From: Chthoniobacteraceae bacterium
Lineage (GTDB): Bacteria > Verrucomicrobiota > Verrucomicrobiia > Chthoniobacterales > Chthoniobacteraceae
DNA length: 43,860 bases
Reading direction: 5' to 3'
Assembly: GCA_031409655.1 (NCBI GenBank)
Contig: JANNXQ010000095.1
Coordinates: 1-43,860, forward strand
Shown: piece after piece, positions 9,893-22,100 of the stretch
How the letters are laid out: every line of letters begins with the position of its first letter
Numbering within the stretch: the first letter of the stretch is position 1
Translations under genes and position numbers: made by a program
The notes under the pieces: generated by a model
Seen by the model: the letters and a program-made list of their open reading frames with translations, nothing else
What the model was told of the DNA's origin: nothing
Databases searched by the model: none

Positions 9893-11278
9893 ATGAAACT
9901 CAGATTCCTCTTTGCGGCCGCCCTGGCCGTCATTTCCACGGCTGCGCACGCGCAGACCGAATACAACATCACCGGCGCCACCGCGTTCCGGACTGCGACG
10001 ATCAACTCCATCATCAATGGTTACGGGGGCCTTGGTGCCTGCGGCGTCATTCATTCCGGCGCGGCTGGAGCCCAGTCCGGGGCCAACGCCATCTCGTTTT
10101 TCGGAACGTTTGGCGGCATCCCAAACACGACGATCCGCTGCCGCTTCTCCGGTTCCACGGAAGGCATCCGCGATCTCGTGGGCACCATCGTCCCTGGCAC
10201 CCCGAATGACGTGTTCTACTATCCGGACGCGCTCATTCCAGCGATCGGCACGATCACGGCGCTCAACCAGAACAGCAACCCGGTCGGCGCGAATGTCGCG
10301 TTCAAGCCGGACGTCGCTTTCTCCGACGTGCAGCAGACGAACAGCCCCTACCGCACGCCGGTCCTCGGACCAGCCGATTCCCGCGTCGGTGTGGTGACCT
10401 TCGTCTTCTGCAAGAGCGAGGGTTCATCCGCTAACCTGACCAACGTCACCGCCCAAGCCTGGCGGGCCACGCTGACCAGCAACCGCGGCGTGCCGCTGAA
10501 CGTTTACACTGGCCTCGCCGCCGACCAAACCGGTCGTGTGCTTGCCACCGGTCGTAACGACGGTTCCGGCACCCGTGCGGTGTACCTTATCGAACCCGGC
10601 TACGGCGTCTCGAGGCTCGTCAATCAGTTCAAACTCGCGGCGGACGGCTTTAATGGCGTCGGCGCGGGCGTCGGTGGCACGGCCGCTGGCGGCGTCGGAG
10701 CGGGCGGCATCGCCCGTTCCCTGCAGCTCTGGCCAGCAAATGACGCGCAGGACGTGAACAACAACTCGGTCCTCTGGAATACTCTGACCAACGGCAACGG
10801 TGGTTACTTCTCGAGCAGCAATACCTCGCTCCTCCTCCAGGCAAACACCAGCAGCGTGCGCGTCCTTGGGCCCGGTGGCACCGATCTCCCGGTCTCGGGC
10901 AGCTATACTCCCGCCACCTCGGCCGGCAGCCCTCGTGCGATCTCGGTCGTCGGTTTTGTCGGCACGAACGACGGCGTGACCGTCGCGGCCAATGGCGGCG
11001 GCATCCTCAGCTACAACGGTGTGCTCATCACCCCGGTGGCTGTCGGAGTTGACCCGACCGGCCTCGTGCCGGCGGATCGCTACAAGGTGACCAACGGCAG
11101 CTACACCGTGTGGAGCTACGAGCGCCTCTACACTCGCGGCACACTCAGCGTCAACCAGCAGGCCATCGATACGGCCCTCCGCGCCGCCATCCCCGGCGGT
11201 CTTGCGACCAACGGCATCGCCCTCTCGGCGATGACCGCGGTGCGCACCAACGACGGTGATATCGTGACCCAGCCCTAA
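9893..11278 (+). CDS. Exported PstS/DING-like phosphate-binding-fold protein
   Basis: Signal peptide (AHA-Q); ITGATAF, FSD and RNDGSGT correspond to PstS GAGATF, ASD and RSDGSGT; C-terminal YTVWSYERLY. Confidence 0.72.
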   Translation: MKLRFLFAAALAVISTAAHAQTEYNITGATAFRTATINSIINGYGGLGACGVIHSGAAGAQSGANAISFFGTFGGIPNTTIRCRFSGSTEGIRDLVGTIVPGTPNDVFYYPDALIPAIGTITALNQNSNPVGANVAFKPDVAFSDVQQTNSPYRTPVLGPADSRVGVVTFVFCKSEGSSANLTNVTAQAWRATLTSNRGVPLNVYTGLAADQTGRVLATGRNDGSGTRAVYLIEPGYGVSRLVNQFKLAADGFNGVGAGVGGTAAGGVGAGGIARSLQLWPANDAQDVNNNSVLWNTLTNGNGGYFSSSNTSLLLQANTSSVRVLGPGGTDLPVSGSYTPATSAGSPRAISVVGFVGTNDGVTVAANGGGILSYNGVLITPVAVGVDPTGLVPADRYKVTNGSYTVWSYERLYTRGTLSVNQQAIDTALRAAIPGGLATNGIALSAMTAVRTNDGDIVTQP

Positions 11279-11333
11279 TCTGGCTCGCAGCCTGATGCAG
11301 TCCGCGCTTTAACTCGCGGAAGCACTCCTCAAG

Positions 11334-11372
11334 ACTGGCGCCGGGTCAATCCCCGGCGCCAGTTCTTGTTTT
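11334..11372 (+). terminator. Intrinsic terminator
   Basis: Perfect 12-bp stem ACTGGCGCCGGG/CCCGGCGCCAGT followed by TCTTGTTTT. Confidence 0.7.
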
Positions 11373-11387
11373 CACCTCCAAACTGAA

Positions 11388-12161
11388 ATGAACTCCAACC
11401 TTCGCCAGCTCGCGCTGTCGGCCGCTGCCGCCGGCGGTTTAGCGGTCTCCATTTGGCACTTCGTGCCAGCGTCGCCCACGGCCTCGCCCGCGACCGATCT
11501 CCACGCCCGTGGTAATGTCGATGGTCCGACGCCCGGCGCTTCTCCCCTTTCTCTTTCTGAGTCCATTCTGACCCGCGATGTTTCTCCAGCTTCTGAGTCC
11601 GGACCGCACGCACCGCCACGCACATCGGGCGAATCTGGCCGCCCGCCCACGGCCACGATTCCGCGCGAAACGATCTCCACTTCAGTCGGCGCGATCAAAG
11701 CCCAAATTCTGAACCGCTCACGTTCGGCTACGGCCTTGGAGTCCGAAAACCCTATTGTAGAAGCTCCGCTTCGAAGGCTGATCATCGAAACCGCCCCGCC
11801 ATCCGCGCTGGCTGGCCACGCGGCGGTGGCGGGAGCCACTCCGACCTTTGAACTCCAAATCGATCTGGCTCCCGGCGTGAAAGAGCCGATCGCGCTGGTG
11901 GGTTCCTCCGCGGATCTGGCGCCCGCGCAAGCGCGCGCTTTGGCGGCGATCGCCAATGAATTCGTGGACCGGATCGAACAAGCCGCTGGCACGCTCTCGG
12001 ACGAGGACTTTACCGCGACGTGGGCCGAGGAACAAGCCAACGCCGACGCGCAATACCTCGCGATCTTCGGGGCCGAAGCGTACAACCAGAAGCTGGCCGA
12101 GACGGCGGCCAACGCGATCGCCGGAAAGCCGGTCGAGGGGGAGGCCCCGGCGAAGCAGTAG
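11388..12161 (+). CDS. Hypothetical protein with N-terminal anchor/signal, P/S/T-rich linker and C-terminal helical domain
   Basis: 257-aa ORF with a hydrophobic N-terminus, filling the gap between the terminator and the convergent Sel1 gene. Confidence 0.65.
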   Translation: MNSNLRQLALSAAAAGGLAVSIWHFVPASPTASPATDLHARGNVDGPTPGASPLSLSESILTRDVSPASESGPHAPPRTSGESGRPPTATIPRETISTSVGAIKAQILNRSRSATALESENPIVEAPLRRLIIETAPPSALAGHAAVAGATPTFELQIDLAPGVKEPIALVGSSADLAPAQARALAAIANEFVDRIEQAAGTLSDEDFTATWAEEQANADAQYLAIFGAEAYNQKLAETAANAIAGKPVEGEAPAKQ

Positions 12162-12219
12162 TTGGCGGCTCGTTCGTTCCGGAGGCGGATGCGGCTCTGG
12201 AGAGGGCTCCCTGCGTTCG

Positions 12220-13104
12220 TTACCGCGCCCCTTCTTCGGATGTTTTCTTAAAGAGATCTGCCGCGGCGCGTGCCGCAGCCACGTACTCGCCCATGAGCGC
12301 GGGCATTTCCTCGAGTGTTTTGACGGCGGTGATTTCATTCTGATCGGCGGCCAGCGTCACCCACTTGAGAGCCTCAACGCGCCGCGTCAAATCCTCGGAA
12401 CCGACACCTAGAAGATGCCCGAGATTGCTCTGGCCCTTGGCGTCCCCTTGTTCGGCCGCCCGGCGAAACCAATGGATCGCCGTTTCCTCATCGCGGCTCA
12501 CGCCGAGGCCGTCGCGATAGATCACGCCGAGGATATTCTGCGCCCCTAAGATGCCAGCTTCTGCCGCCCGACGATAGCTCTCGCGAGCTTTCCCGTAGTC
12601 CTGACCACGGCCAAACTGCCCGTAAAAATAAGTTTCAGCCTGGGCGTTGAGCGCCTCCGGCAGACCTTTCGCGCCCGCTTCGTCTATCATCCGCAAGCCT
12701 TCCGCGTGATCCTGCGGCAGGCCGCGTCCGTTTGCGGTCACGAGGCCGAGATTGAGCAGCGCGCGCACGGAGCCTTTCTCCACGCCTTGGCGAAACCAGC
12801 GCACGGCTTCCACGTCATCCTTCTCCACTTCCAAGCCCGCTGAATAGAAGTAGCCCATTCCGCCGATGGCGTCGGGAAATCCCTGGTCGGCGGCCTTTTT
12901 CATCCAGAGGTAGGCTTTGGTCGGGCTCTTCGGGACGCCGTCGCCTTTGAGATACGCCCGAGCGAGGAGGAACTGGGCTTCAGCTTCGCCTTGCTCCGCT
13001 TCAGCGAGGGTTTCTTGCGGGGTGCGGGCGGATGAGGAAGCCGGATTTGCGAGCGCTAGGAGGAGCGCGAGCGAGGTGATGGAGGTGGCGCGGAGGAGGA
13101 TCAT
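12220..13104 (-). CDS. Exported Sel1-repeat protein
   Basis: Repeats such as AQFLLARAYLKGDGV and AQNILGVIYRDGLGV...AIHWFRRAAEQG. Start taken at ATG 13104 (signal peptide MILLRATS...); the longer start overlaps tpsA. Confidence 0.9.
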   Translation of the reverse strand: MILLRATSITSLALLLALANPASSSARTPQETLAEAEQGEAEAQFLLARAYLKGDGVPKSPTKAYLWMKKAADQGFPDAIGGMGYFYSAGLEVEKDDVEAVRWFRQGVEKGSVRALLNLGLVTANGRGLPQDHAEGLRMIDEAGAKGLPEALNAQAETYFYGQFGRGQDYGKARESYRRAAEAGILGAQNILGVIYRDGLGVSRDEETAIHWFRRAAEQGDAKGQSNLGHLLGVGSEDLTRRVEALKWVTLAADQNEITAVKTLEEMPALMGEYVAAARAAADLFKKTSEEGAR

Positions 13105-13174
13105 AGGTGGGATGTGAGGTGAAAAAAATTCGTGGTTGCGGAAGTTTGCGTTTTCGCGGCGCGAGCGACGGCGC

Positions 13175-16100
13175 TCACGCAGCCTGTGGGGTGCTGGCGG
13201 CAGCTTTCCTTTTCTTTTCCTCTTCGTCGTCCGGCGGCGGTGCGGCTGGAGGTGGGGCGCTCGGTGCCGGGCTCGCTTCCGGGGCGGAGCCGTCACCGTA
13301 GCCGAGGACTTCGACAGAAATGATGGAAGGAGCTTCCTCCTTTTTCTCCTCGGGCCGCTGTTGCTGGGCTAGTTCGCGGGTGGTGTTGCTGCTGGCGCCA
13401 GCGGCATTCGAGGCTGCGGAGAGTCCGCCGATGTTCGGTGCGCTGACGGTCGGTGCGGTCGGCACACCGCTTGAGGCGCCGCCGACGGAGATATTTGCGA
13501 AGTTTAAGACGGCGGTCGCGGCGATGTTCAGATTGCCGGTCACGCGGATGCCCGCGTCGCCCGCGTCCACCACGCCTTTGGGCGCGATCAGGTCCACATC
13601 CCCCGGCATCACGCCTTCCACGGAAGCGAGCACGCCGATGCCGCCACCGGTCGCGAGACCCCCGAGATCGGTCTGCACATCGGCACTGGTCACATCGATG
13701 ACCACGCGCGTCGGCGGTGCCGTGACCACGGTCTTGGGAGCATTGCCCGCGGCGATGTCGCCTTCCGTGGACCACATGACGATATCGCCACCGCGCAGGG
13801 TGAAGATACGCGCCTGGCCGATATCGACGCTCTGCTCGGTGAAGACCGAGACGCCTCCGCCGGCTTCCGTGACGATGCCGGGGGGCGTGAGCGGATTGCC
13901 GAAAATATCCGACGCCATCGTGACGCCGCCGCCGGGCACGCCGATCGAGATGCTCCCGCCCGTGCTCGTGCGGATGTCGCGCGCGCGGGTGAAGATTTCC
14001 CCTCCGCTTCCGGCGGAGGCGAAGAGCGTCTCGACGGCCAGTTCGCCATCCGCGTAGCCACCCGTCGTCGCGAAATCACGTCCCGCATTGCGCAGGCGGC
14101 GATAGAATACTTCGAGGGCGACGATCGCTTTCTGCTCGTCCGTGAGGGCGCTGGCCTTCGCATTCAGACCGAGCTTGTTCAGATAATTGGACTCGAAATC
14201 ACCGAGCCCTTCGGCCTGTCCGTCGCCGAATGCCTTGAAGTCCATCGAACTCTGAGTAAGCCCGAGCGCCGGCCCTTTGTCCCCGAGTCCCTGGACGCCG
14301 GCGAAGACGAGAAGATCCGCGCCTGCATCGGTCAGGAATGGATTGCGGAGATTGCCGATACTGGTCAGGCCGAGGCCAGTGATTTCGAGGAGGTTCTCGA
14401 CGTTCGCGCCGACGCCGAGATCGAAGGTGCGTCCGGCGAAGACCTCGAGTGCGCCCGGGCCGCTGATCTGCAGATCTCCGGGGAGGGACGTGATATTCGT
14501 CGCGAGCACCGTGCGGCGACTTTCCGTGCCGGCGAGGGAGTTGCCACGGGCGAGATCCGAGGCCGTCGTGCGCAGCCGGGTGTTCTCATTGAAGAGCAGG
14601 AGGTCCCGGCCGGCGGAGACGAGCGAGATGTCCGACGCGTTGGCGTTTTGCAGGTAGAGCGAGACATCCGAGATATCGTTGCTCGCCACGATGCGCGCCG
14701 CTTTCGGCGTGAAGAGTTCGAGCCCCGTGACGTCGCCGCCGAGGGCAGAGATGCGCACCGGATCAGGGTCGCCCGCGTGCAGGATGCCGGTGTCGTGCAG
14801 CGCCCGCTGCCGGTCCACAGTGAGCTGGGTGGCGCCACTTTCATTGAAGGCCAGATCGATCGAGGCAAACGGCAGATCGCTGGACCCCTGGAGAGCGTCG
14901 CGAGCGACGAACGCCTGCAGGCCGAGCGGCGAGGTGATGCCGGCGATACTCGCGGGATCGGCGTCCGAGACATTGAGCGAAGACGAGGCCCACACATTCA
15001 CCGTCCGTGTGGCCCCATCGACAATGCGCGACCCGACGCCGATGGACTGGAGCCCGATCACTCCCTGCGTGGCCGCCAGCTCCAGCGTGCCCTTGGCGGA
15101 CGGGAAGAGATTCATCTCGCCGGCGATGTTCACATTTCCCGCGAAGGCGGTGCTGCGCAGGGTGGGGGCGCTCACGGTGATGCCCGTGTCGAACAGATCC
15201 ACTCTCGTTTCCGCGAGGCGAATCCACGGCTGCGTGAAGGAGGAATTGTTTTCGGCCAGCAAGTTCTGCGTGCCGAGCCACCGGCGAAGGATTGGGGCCA
15301 CGCTGAGCGACCCTGGATCGGCAGCGACCAGACGATGGGTGACGTTTCCGCCGAAGGACGCCACGTTCACCGCAGCGTCCGCGGAGAACGTGTTGAAGTA
15401 AGTCTTGTACCAAAACTTGTTGTTCACGCCCTGCGGCAGGAGAAAGGGATTCGTGACCGGACCGAGGAGGATGTCGCTCCCGGCGCTCACGTCAAAGGTG
15501 GACTTCCCGACGAAGAGCGTCGTCGGCAGCCAGGTCCGGGAATCGGCCGTCGGCCGATCCGTGGTCACCGGCGCGCGGGCGGCATTGGTCTTGATCTCCC
15601 CGCCTGCGCGCAGGATGCCAGACCCGCGCTCGGTGTAATAGACGCCGCCGTCGATGTCGTTCTCCGCCCGCACGGTGACGTCGCCGCCGCCGAGTTCGAG
15701 CAGGCGGCTGGCATCCGGTGCGAGATTGACTCTCGCGACTTCGTCTCGGCCCGCCATCCGCGCGTTGGTTGGCGCCACGGCGTCGGCATTGATGATGTTT
15801 CGTCCCGCGAGCGCCACATTGCCGCCGCCGAGGGCGCCGAAGCCCTGGAAGAAATTGCTGAAGTCCACCCACCACGTCGTCGAGGCAGAACGATCGCCGC
15901 TGCCACCAGGACCGCTGTCGCCAAACAAACCTGTGACCGGATCGACATATCCGCGGCGATAGAGCCAGTTGTTCGGGAGTTGCCGCGAGGAATCTACGGC
16001 CACCTGACCAAAATTATTCAATCCGAAGCGGGCGATGTCGGCCTGCGCGGAGATCGACACATTTCCGCCGGCCATCGAGTACTGTGCCGCGTATGCCTGC

Positions 16101-19100
16101 TGGGCGGTGCCGAGCAGTCCCTGGCCCGGATGACTGGTCGTCGCATACAACTCGACGATCGGCACTGCGAAGTCGTTATCCGCATAGATCTTCATCAGGC
16201 GCACATCGTTCTCGGATGGCATCGGATTATCCGGATCGCTGCCCGGATTGACGTAGATCCGGCCTGAGTAGGGCAGGCGCACGCCCGCAGTGTAGATGCT
16301 CGCAAACTGATTCCGCAGTTGCACGTCGCGACCGGCGGCGAGGGAAATGTCGCCCGCGCCGGTGCGGACGAAGGAGAGCCGGTTTTCGATCGCGCTGCCC
16401 GTCGTCGCGTCCGAGCCCGAGACGAGATTCGTCGGGAGGAACTTGCCGACGAGGATCGATCCCTCGGTGGCGCCGAGCGTGTCGAGCGGACGGAGCCTCT
16501 GGTAATCCGCCGCCTGGACATCCGCGCCCGCGGCGAGGCGGAAGGACCACGACTGCGTGTTCACCGGCAGCGTTGCCGCGATGTCCATGAGTGGGCGCAG
16601 CCAGAGCTGTTGGCCGACAGGCGGAGTTTCGAGGAAGTCGTTCGGCGAAAAATCACCCGCGAAGCCGTCGCTCAGCGCGTTCTTAAATTCGAGGTTGCCC
16701 GCCGCGCGCAGCGTCAACACGCCGGGCGCATTTTTCGGGCCGTAGCGCATCCCGGAGAGGTCCCAGTCGTTTTGGTAATCCTCCGCATCGCTACCGAGCA
16801 CGAGGCCGCCGGTGCGGCTCACGATTTCGATGCCGGGGGCGATCACGAGGGCATTGCTCAGACCCGCATTTGCACCGAGCAGGCGCGTCTCCATCGCGCT
16901 GTAGCCTGCGTTCAGGTAGGCCGTCGCATCGCTGTCGATCGTCTGGAGCAGCGCGTTGTCGAGCAAGCCGCTCGCGGTCTGATCGTACACGCGGAAGCCT
17001 TCGACGAGGATCGACGACGCGCCCACAATACTGCCCGCCAGCGCTCCGACGGCCACTTCGTTGCCGATTCGCGGCGCGCGCAAATGCAGCGTGCCGGTGA
17101 AGTGTCCGCGGAAGGCACTCGAACGGATATTCGTGACGCCCCCCGCGCCGAAGTCGTCGACGCCGAGATCGATGGTCGAACCCGCCTGGAGGTTGAGGCG
17201 TGCGGCCGGATTTGCGACGCCATTGATCGCGGCTCCGGCTTCCAGGCGGATCGCGCCACCTTTCCCCGCGGCGTCGAAATTCGAAGCGTGTGCAGTCAGC
17301 CGCGCGCCGGAAGTCACCGACAGCCCGCCGCCTGCGACCAGGGTAATCTTGCCACCAGTGCGACCCGCAACCGGAGTCGTGCCGCTCGCGTCGATCGTGC
17401 CGCTCACGGTGATCGCCCCCGCATCCGCCGAGAGCGTGAACTCGCGGGCGCGCGAGGTGCCGTCGATGGTCACCGAACCGCTGCGCACGCGGAGATCGCG
17501 TTCGTTGAAGAAACCGCCTGTTTGCAGCGGATCATTGACCGTCGCGTAAGCGCCGATGCTTTTCACATCAAGCAGGAAGGAGCCGGAGCGCGCATCCGCA
17601 GAAGCCTCGCCGAGCAGCGTGCTGCCGAGATTCCGCAGGGTGCCTTGCACCGCACTCACCGCGAAGGTGCCGGCCTCACCGGTGCCGGCGGCGGCGACGG
17701 AAATCTGACTGCCTGCGGCGAGTTCCACATCACCGCGATCGGATGTCAGGATGACGCGGCCCGCATTTGAGTAGCGCGTCGGGTCGTAAAACTGTCGGGT
17801 CGTCCCGGACACGTCGATGGAACCGCCGACGGTCACATCCCCCGTCACTGCACGGAGGGTGAGTTGTCCGCTCTGCAACTGGAGGTCAGCATTCGCCAGC
17901 ACCGAGGCTCCGGTGAACGCGAAGCGCGCACCGAGATCGCCGAGCACCTTCGGAGTGCCGGCGCCTTTCGCGAGCACCAGATCTCCGGTGGCGGTGATCG
18001 CCTGGTTTGCGCTCCGCGCGCCGGTGATGCGGGGCGCAGTGATGGTGAGGTCGCCCCCGGTGGTGAAGGAGCCCGTGCCTTCGCCGAGCACGCCGCCCGC
18101 CGCGTTCAACGCCAACTGATCGTAGCCCGTCACACCGAAAGCATTCACCCCCAGTCGCAGCGTGCCCGCGGCGACTTGCAGCGAACCTGCCGCCGCTGCC
18201 GGTGCCGGGAGCGCCGCGACGTTTGCCGGATTACTGAAGAGCACCTCGCCGGCCTGGATCACGGTCGCCTCGGCTCCTGAGGCGTAGCCGCGCAGACCGC
18301 CCGCGAGGAGTTCGAGCTGCTGGAGCGACCCGCTGCCAAAGGTGCCGCTGCCGTAGAGGTCGATCGTGCGATAGCTGCGCAAGGTGAGCGACGAGACCTG
18401 CTGCACGGCGGCCAGAAATTGCCCGTCGAGGATGAGCTGGGAACTCACGACCTCGCCCGCGAGCGGTCCGGCTTGCGGCTCGAGCAGGATGCTGATCTGT
18501 CCGCTGCCGAGAGTGAGCGATCCCGCGGAGACGAGCGCGCTCGGCTCAATGAGTGTGCCGTAGGTGGAATCAAGTAGCATGCTCCGGCCCGCGACTTTGG
18601 CCCCGGCGCCGAGCGTGAGCAGCGGCGTGGTCGCCGCGGGATTCACATTGCTGCGCTCGATTGCGGCACCGCCCGCACTGACCCGCAGCGCCGCGCCGTC
18701 TCCCGAGATTTGGAAAGTGTCCGCACCGCCCGCGAGCCGGCCTCTGGCCTGGATCGCCGAGCCATCGGTCAAAGTCAGGCCAGCTTTCGAGACGAGGGTG
18801 ATGTCCGATCCGGTGAAGGTCGCGCCCGGATTATCGAGGACGATCTTGCTGGTGCGCACGGTGACTGCGGTGCCGTCGGCCTCCTCCCGCCGGAGCCCGC
18901 CAATCAAGAGACTCTCCGCGCCCCACGATTGGAGGACGCCCGTCTTTAACACCACCTTCGCCCCGTCCGGTGCCGCGCCGCGCCCGCCGAGGAGGAAAAT
19001 ATCGGCCGAACTGCTGATGTCGATGGCGGCCCCGAGCGCACCCGAGGGGCGACCTGTGAGTACGCCGCCTTCGAGCTTCAGCGCCGTGTTGCCGCTGAAG

Positions 19101-22100
19101 GCCAGGTAGCCCGCGTCATTCGGCAGCCGCTGCGGGCGCTCGATCTCAAGCCGGCGGCTCGCTTCGGTAAAGAACGCATTGCCGTGGAATTCATCGTAGG
19201 CGGAGCGACCGCGCAAAACCGCCTGCGGAGCGACTTCGAAGCGCGTGCGCAATCCCGCGACTTCTCCCGGCGCTTGGAAGGCGTTGAGCCGGTAACCCGA
19301 GGTGAAAGTCGCACCCTCTGGCGTGGTGAAGGTGCCGAATGGATCGCCTGCCTGCGCGGTGACGAGCAGCGCGCCGGGCAGCAGCGCGTAGCGGCGCGGG
19401 AGCAGCGTGTAGAGCCCGGCCTCCAGCGAGGGCGTCGCGTCGAGGTGGATCTGGTCGCCGATGTGGAAGCCGCCGCTCGCGCGCGTCGTCGCAGCGAGCG
19501 AAGTGAAGACGCGATCCGCGCGGCTGTTCGGCGTGAAGATGTAACCGGGATTGCCCTGGAGCAGACCCGCACTGGCGCCGGTGGCGAAGGAATTCTCCGG
19601 CGCAAAGGCGGCGCCAAATTTCGGCAGCACCGCAAAGGACTCCGCCACCCGCGACCAGAAGAGCCCGACCTTCGGTTGCTCCCCGCGTGAACTCACCCGC
19701 GCGGAGTAGGTGTTGCCATTGAAGAGCACGAGATCGCCCGCGTCGTAACTCGTCCCGCTGATCCACTCGGTGGAGGCCGTGCCCAGCCGGTCGATGCTCC
19801 CGCCGACGCCCGGCACCCAGCGGAAAGCCGAGAGATCGCCCCCGCCGCGCAGGTCGATGGTGGAGCCCGCGGCGGTCTTCACCGACTGCCCCGCGAGCGT
19901 GACGCTCTTTTCGGGCAGGCCGGCAGCGGTGACGTTCACGCCCCGCGGATCGATCCACGAAAACCCGTCCGGGCTGAGCCCGAAGGGGAAAAGCGCCAAC
20001 GATCCAGAGACGCCGTCAACCGCGGAGACCGAGGTAATGCTGCCCTTCGCGAGCGAAACTTCTGCCGCAACCGGGACCGGCAGCGAACCGCGCGCGAGCG
20101 GATCGAACGGGGAATCGATATCGGCATCCGCGGTGTCGAAATCCGTCAACCCATCCCACCCGAGGGTGATCGTTCCGAGCGGCGCGCGCAGGGTGCCCTC
20201 TTGCCTGATGGTGTGGGCAAAGGCGCGGAGATTTCCCCCCACCGACAGCGGGATGGCCGGAGCGCCGCCGCGCCCGAGGAACGTGATCGAGCCATGACCG
20301 TCTGCCGGATCGTAGGCGAAAAGATTCAGCGTCGAGAGCGTGGTCGGATAGATCTGGTCGGCGCGCAGCGTGAGATCGCCACGGATACTGACCGTGCCAT
20401 TGCCGCGGATATCGCTCGTGGCATCGAAGAGCGCCGTGCCGATATTTTGCAGGGACAAATTGCCGAGATCGATGAGGCCAGCCTGGATCGTGAGCCGGCC
20501 GGAGCCGGAAGTCGGCGGAAGAGCCAACGGCGCTGCCGAAGTGGTGAAGCTCTGGAAAGCGTCCGGAGCGCGGACTCCGGGATTGAGGGGCACCCGGAAA
20601 GGTTGACCGACAGAAACATAAGAGCCGGCGAGCTGGACCCGCGAGTTTGCCTCAATGATGCCGCCCGCCGCCAGGCGCAGCGGGCCGGGGGCATTGATCG
20701 AGACTGGGCCGTCAAAGCGGATGTTCCCGCCGCTCGGCACCAACGAAGTCGCAGGACTTGGCACCAGCTTGGCCCCGAGTTCGAGGGAGTAAAAGCCGCC
20801 TTGGCTAAAACGATCGATCGCGAAGTATCCCATGGCGGGCAGCGCGACACCGCCTGCGCCACGCACGACTTTCCCGACGCCCAAAGCCCCGCTTTTCGGA
20901 ACGACGTTTCCGTCCTGCGTGACGACCAGATTGATGTCGGAGGAACGGTAGCCGCCCGTGATGACACCCTCATTCGTGCGGGGATAAAACCGGCCCGAAT
21001 GAATGGAAAGAGTTCCGCCGATCCCGCTCGCCCCACCCGCGAGGCCGCGGAGGGTGGCATCGGAAAAGAGCATTTGCGAGCCCTCCAGTTCGATGAGGCC
21101 GCCGTCGCTTTCCAAGCGCACGGGCTGGGTCTCCACCCGCCAGAGCGGAGCCGTGAGGCCACTTTGCGCCGGCACGGTGGGCGAGGTCACTGCGCCGAGC
21201 AATGAAGGATGATAGTCCAGCACCCCCGTGGTGCCCGAGACATCGAGCACGGCGCCGCTTTCCGCCACGATGCTCCCGTAAACGGTGATCATCCCGCCAT
21301 CCAGGACGGTGCCCGTGCGCCGGCCAAACGCATCGGGAAGGAGGACGGTGGTCCCAGCCGCGGAGAGGTGCGCGCTCTTCGCGAGGTGGACCGTCGGCAA
21401 GGGCGTGGGATTGCCCAAATTCGACGCCAGCGGAAAGATATCCCGCCCGCGGATGGAGATCGCTCCGCCAGGTGCGCTCAGAGTTCCGCGAACGGTGACT
21501 GTGTCTCCGGAGAGCGCGATGCTCGCCCCGGGATCGGTGAGAATCTGCGCGCCCTGGCTGATGACTAGATCGGCGCGCGCTTCGAGCTTGTTGGGAGTGA
21601 CGCTGTCGTCCGCACCCACCCCGGTAAAACTCACGCTCGTCGGGGTGCGTTCGCCGACGGGCAGGAGGACGGGATTTAGCGAGAAGCTGCCATCGCCGAA
21701 ACCCGAGGCTTGGGCTTGCCAGCGCTCGGCCGCTGGTTCGATGATCGTGCCGGAGGCAATCGAGATGGCCGGGACATACCCGGACGGACCGGTTTCGATG
21801 AGCGGGCCGGTCGGCGCACCGATGCCATTGATCGAGTAACGCGTGAAGCCGCCCTGCTGGAAGAAATCGGGCTGCAGCACGAGCGCTCTGGGAAAGGCCG
21901 AGGTGCCGCCGATCCGCACGATCTGGGAACGCAGAGTCAGCGAACCACCGCTGGCCCCGCCGTAGCCGCGGAGCGTGCCGCCAAGTGCGAGCTGGCCTCC
22001 GATCAGCGCGGGTAGTCCGAGGTCGCGGCCCGTCACAAGGTTGATGCTGCCACCATTTCCGTAAGTGACGCGCCCGCGCTCGCTGATCCTCGCGCCGCCG

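Noticed and set aside
13175..13500. TpsA C-terminus as a CDI toxin with Sel1 as immunity protein
   Set aside because: No VENN/pre-toxin motif or nuclease signature; the tail is DUF3739-like plus low complexity.
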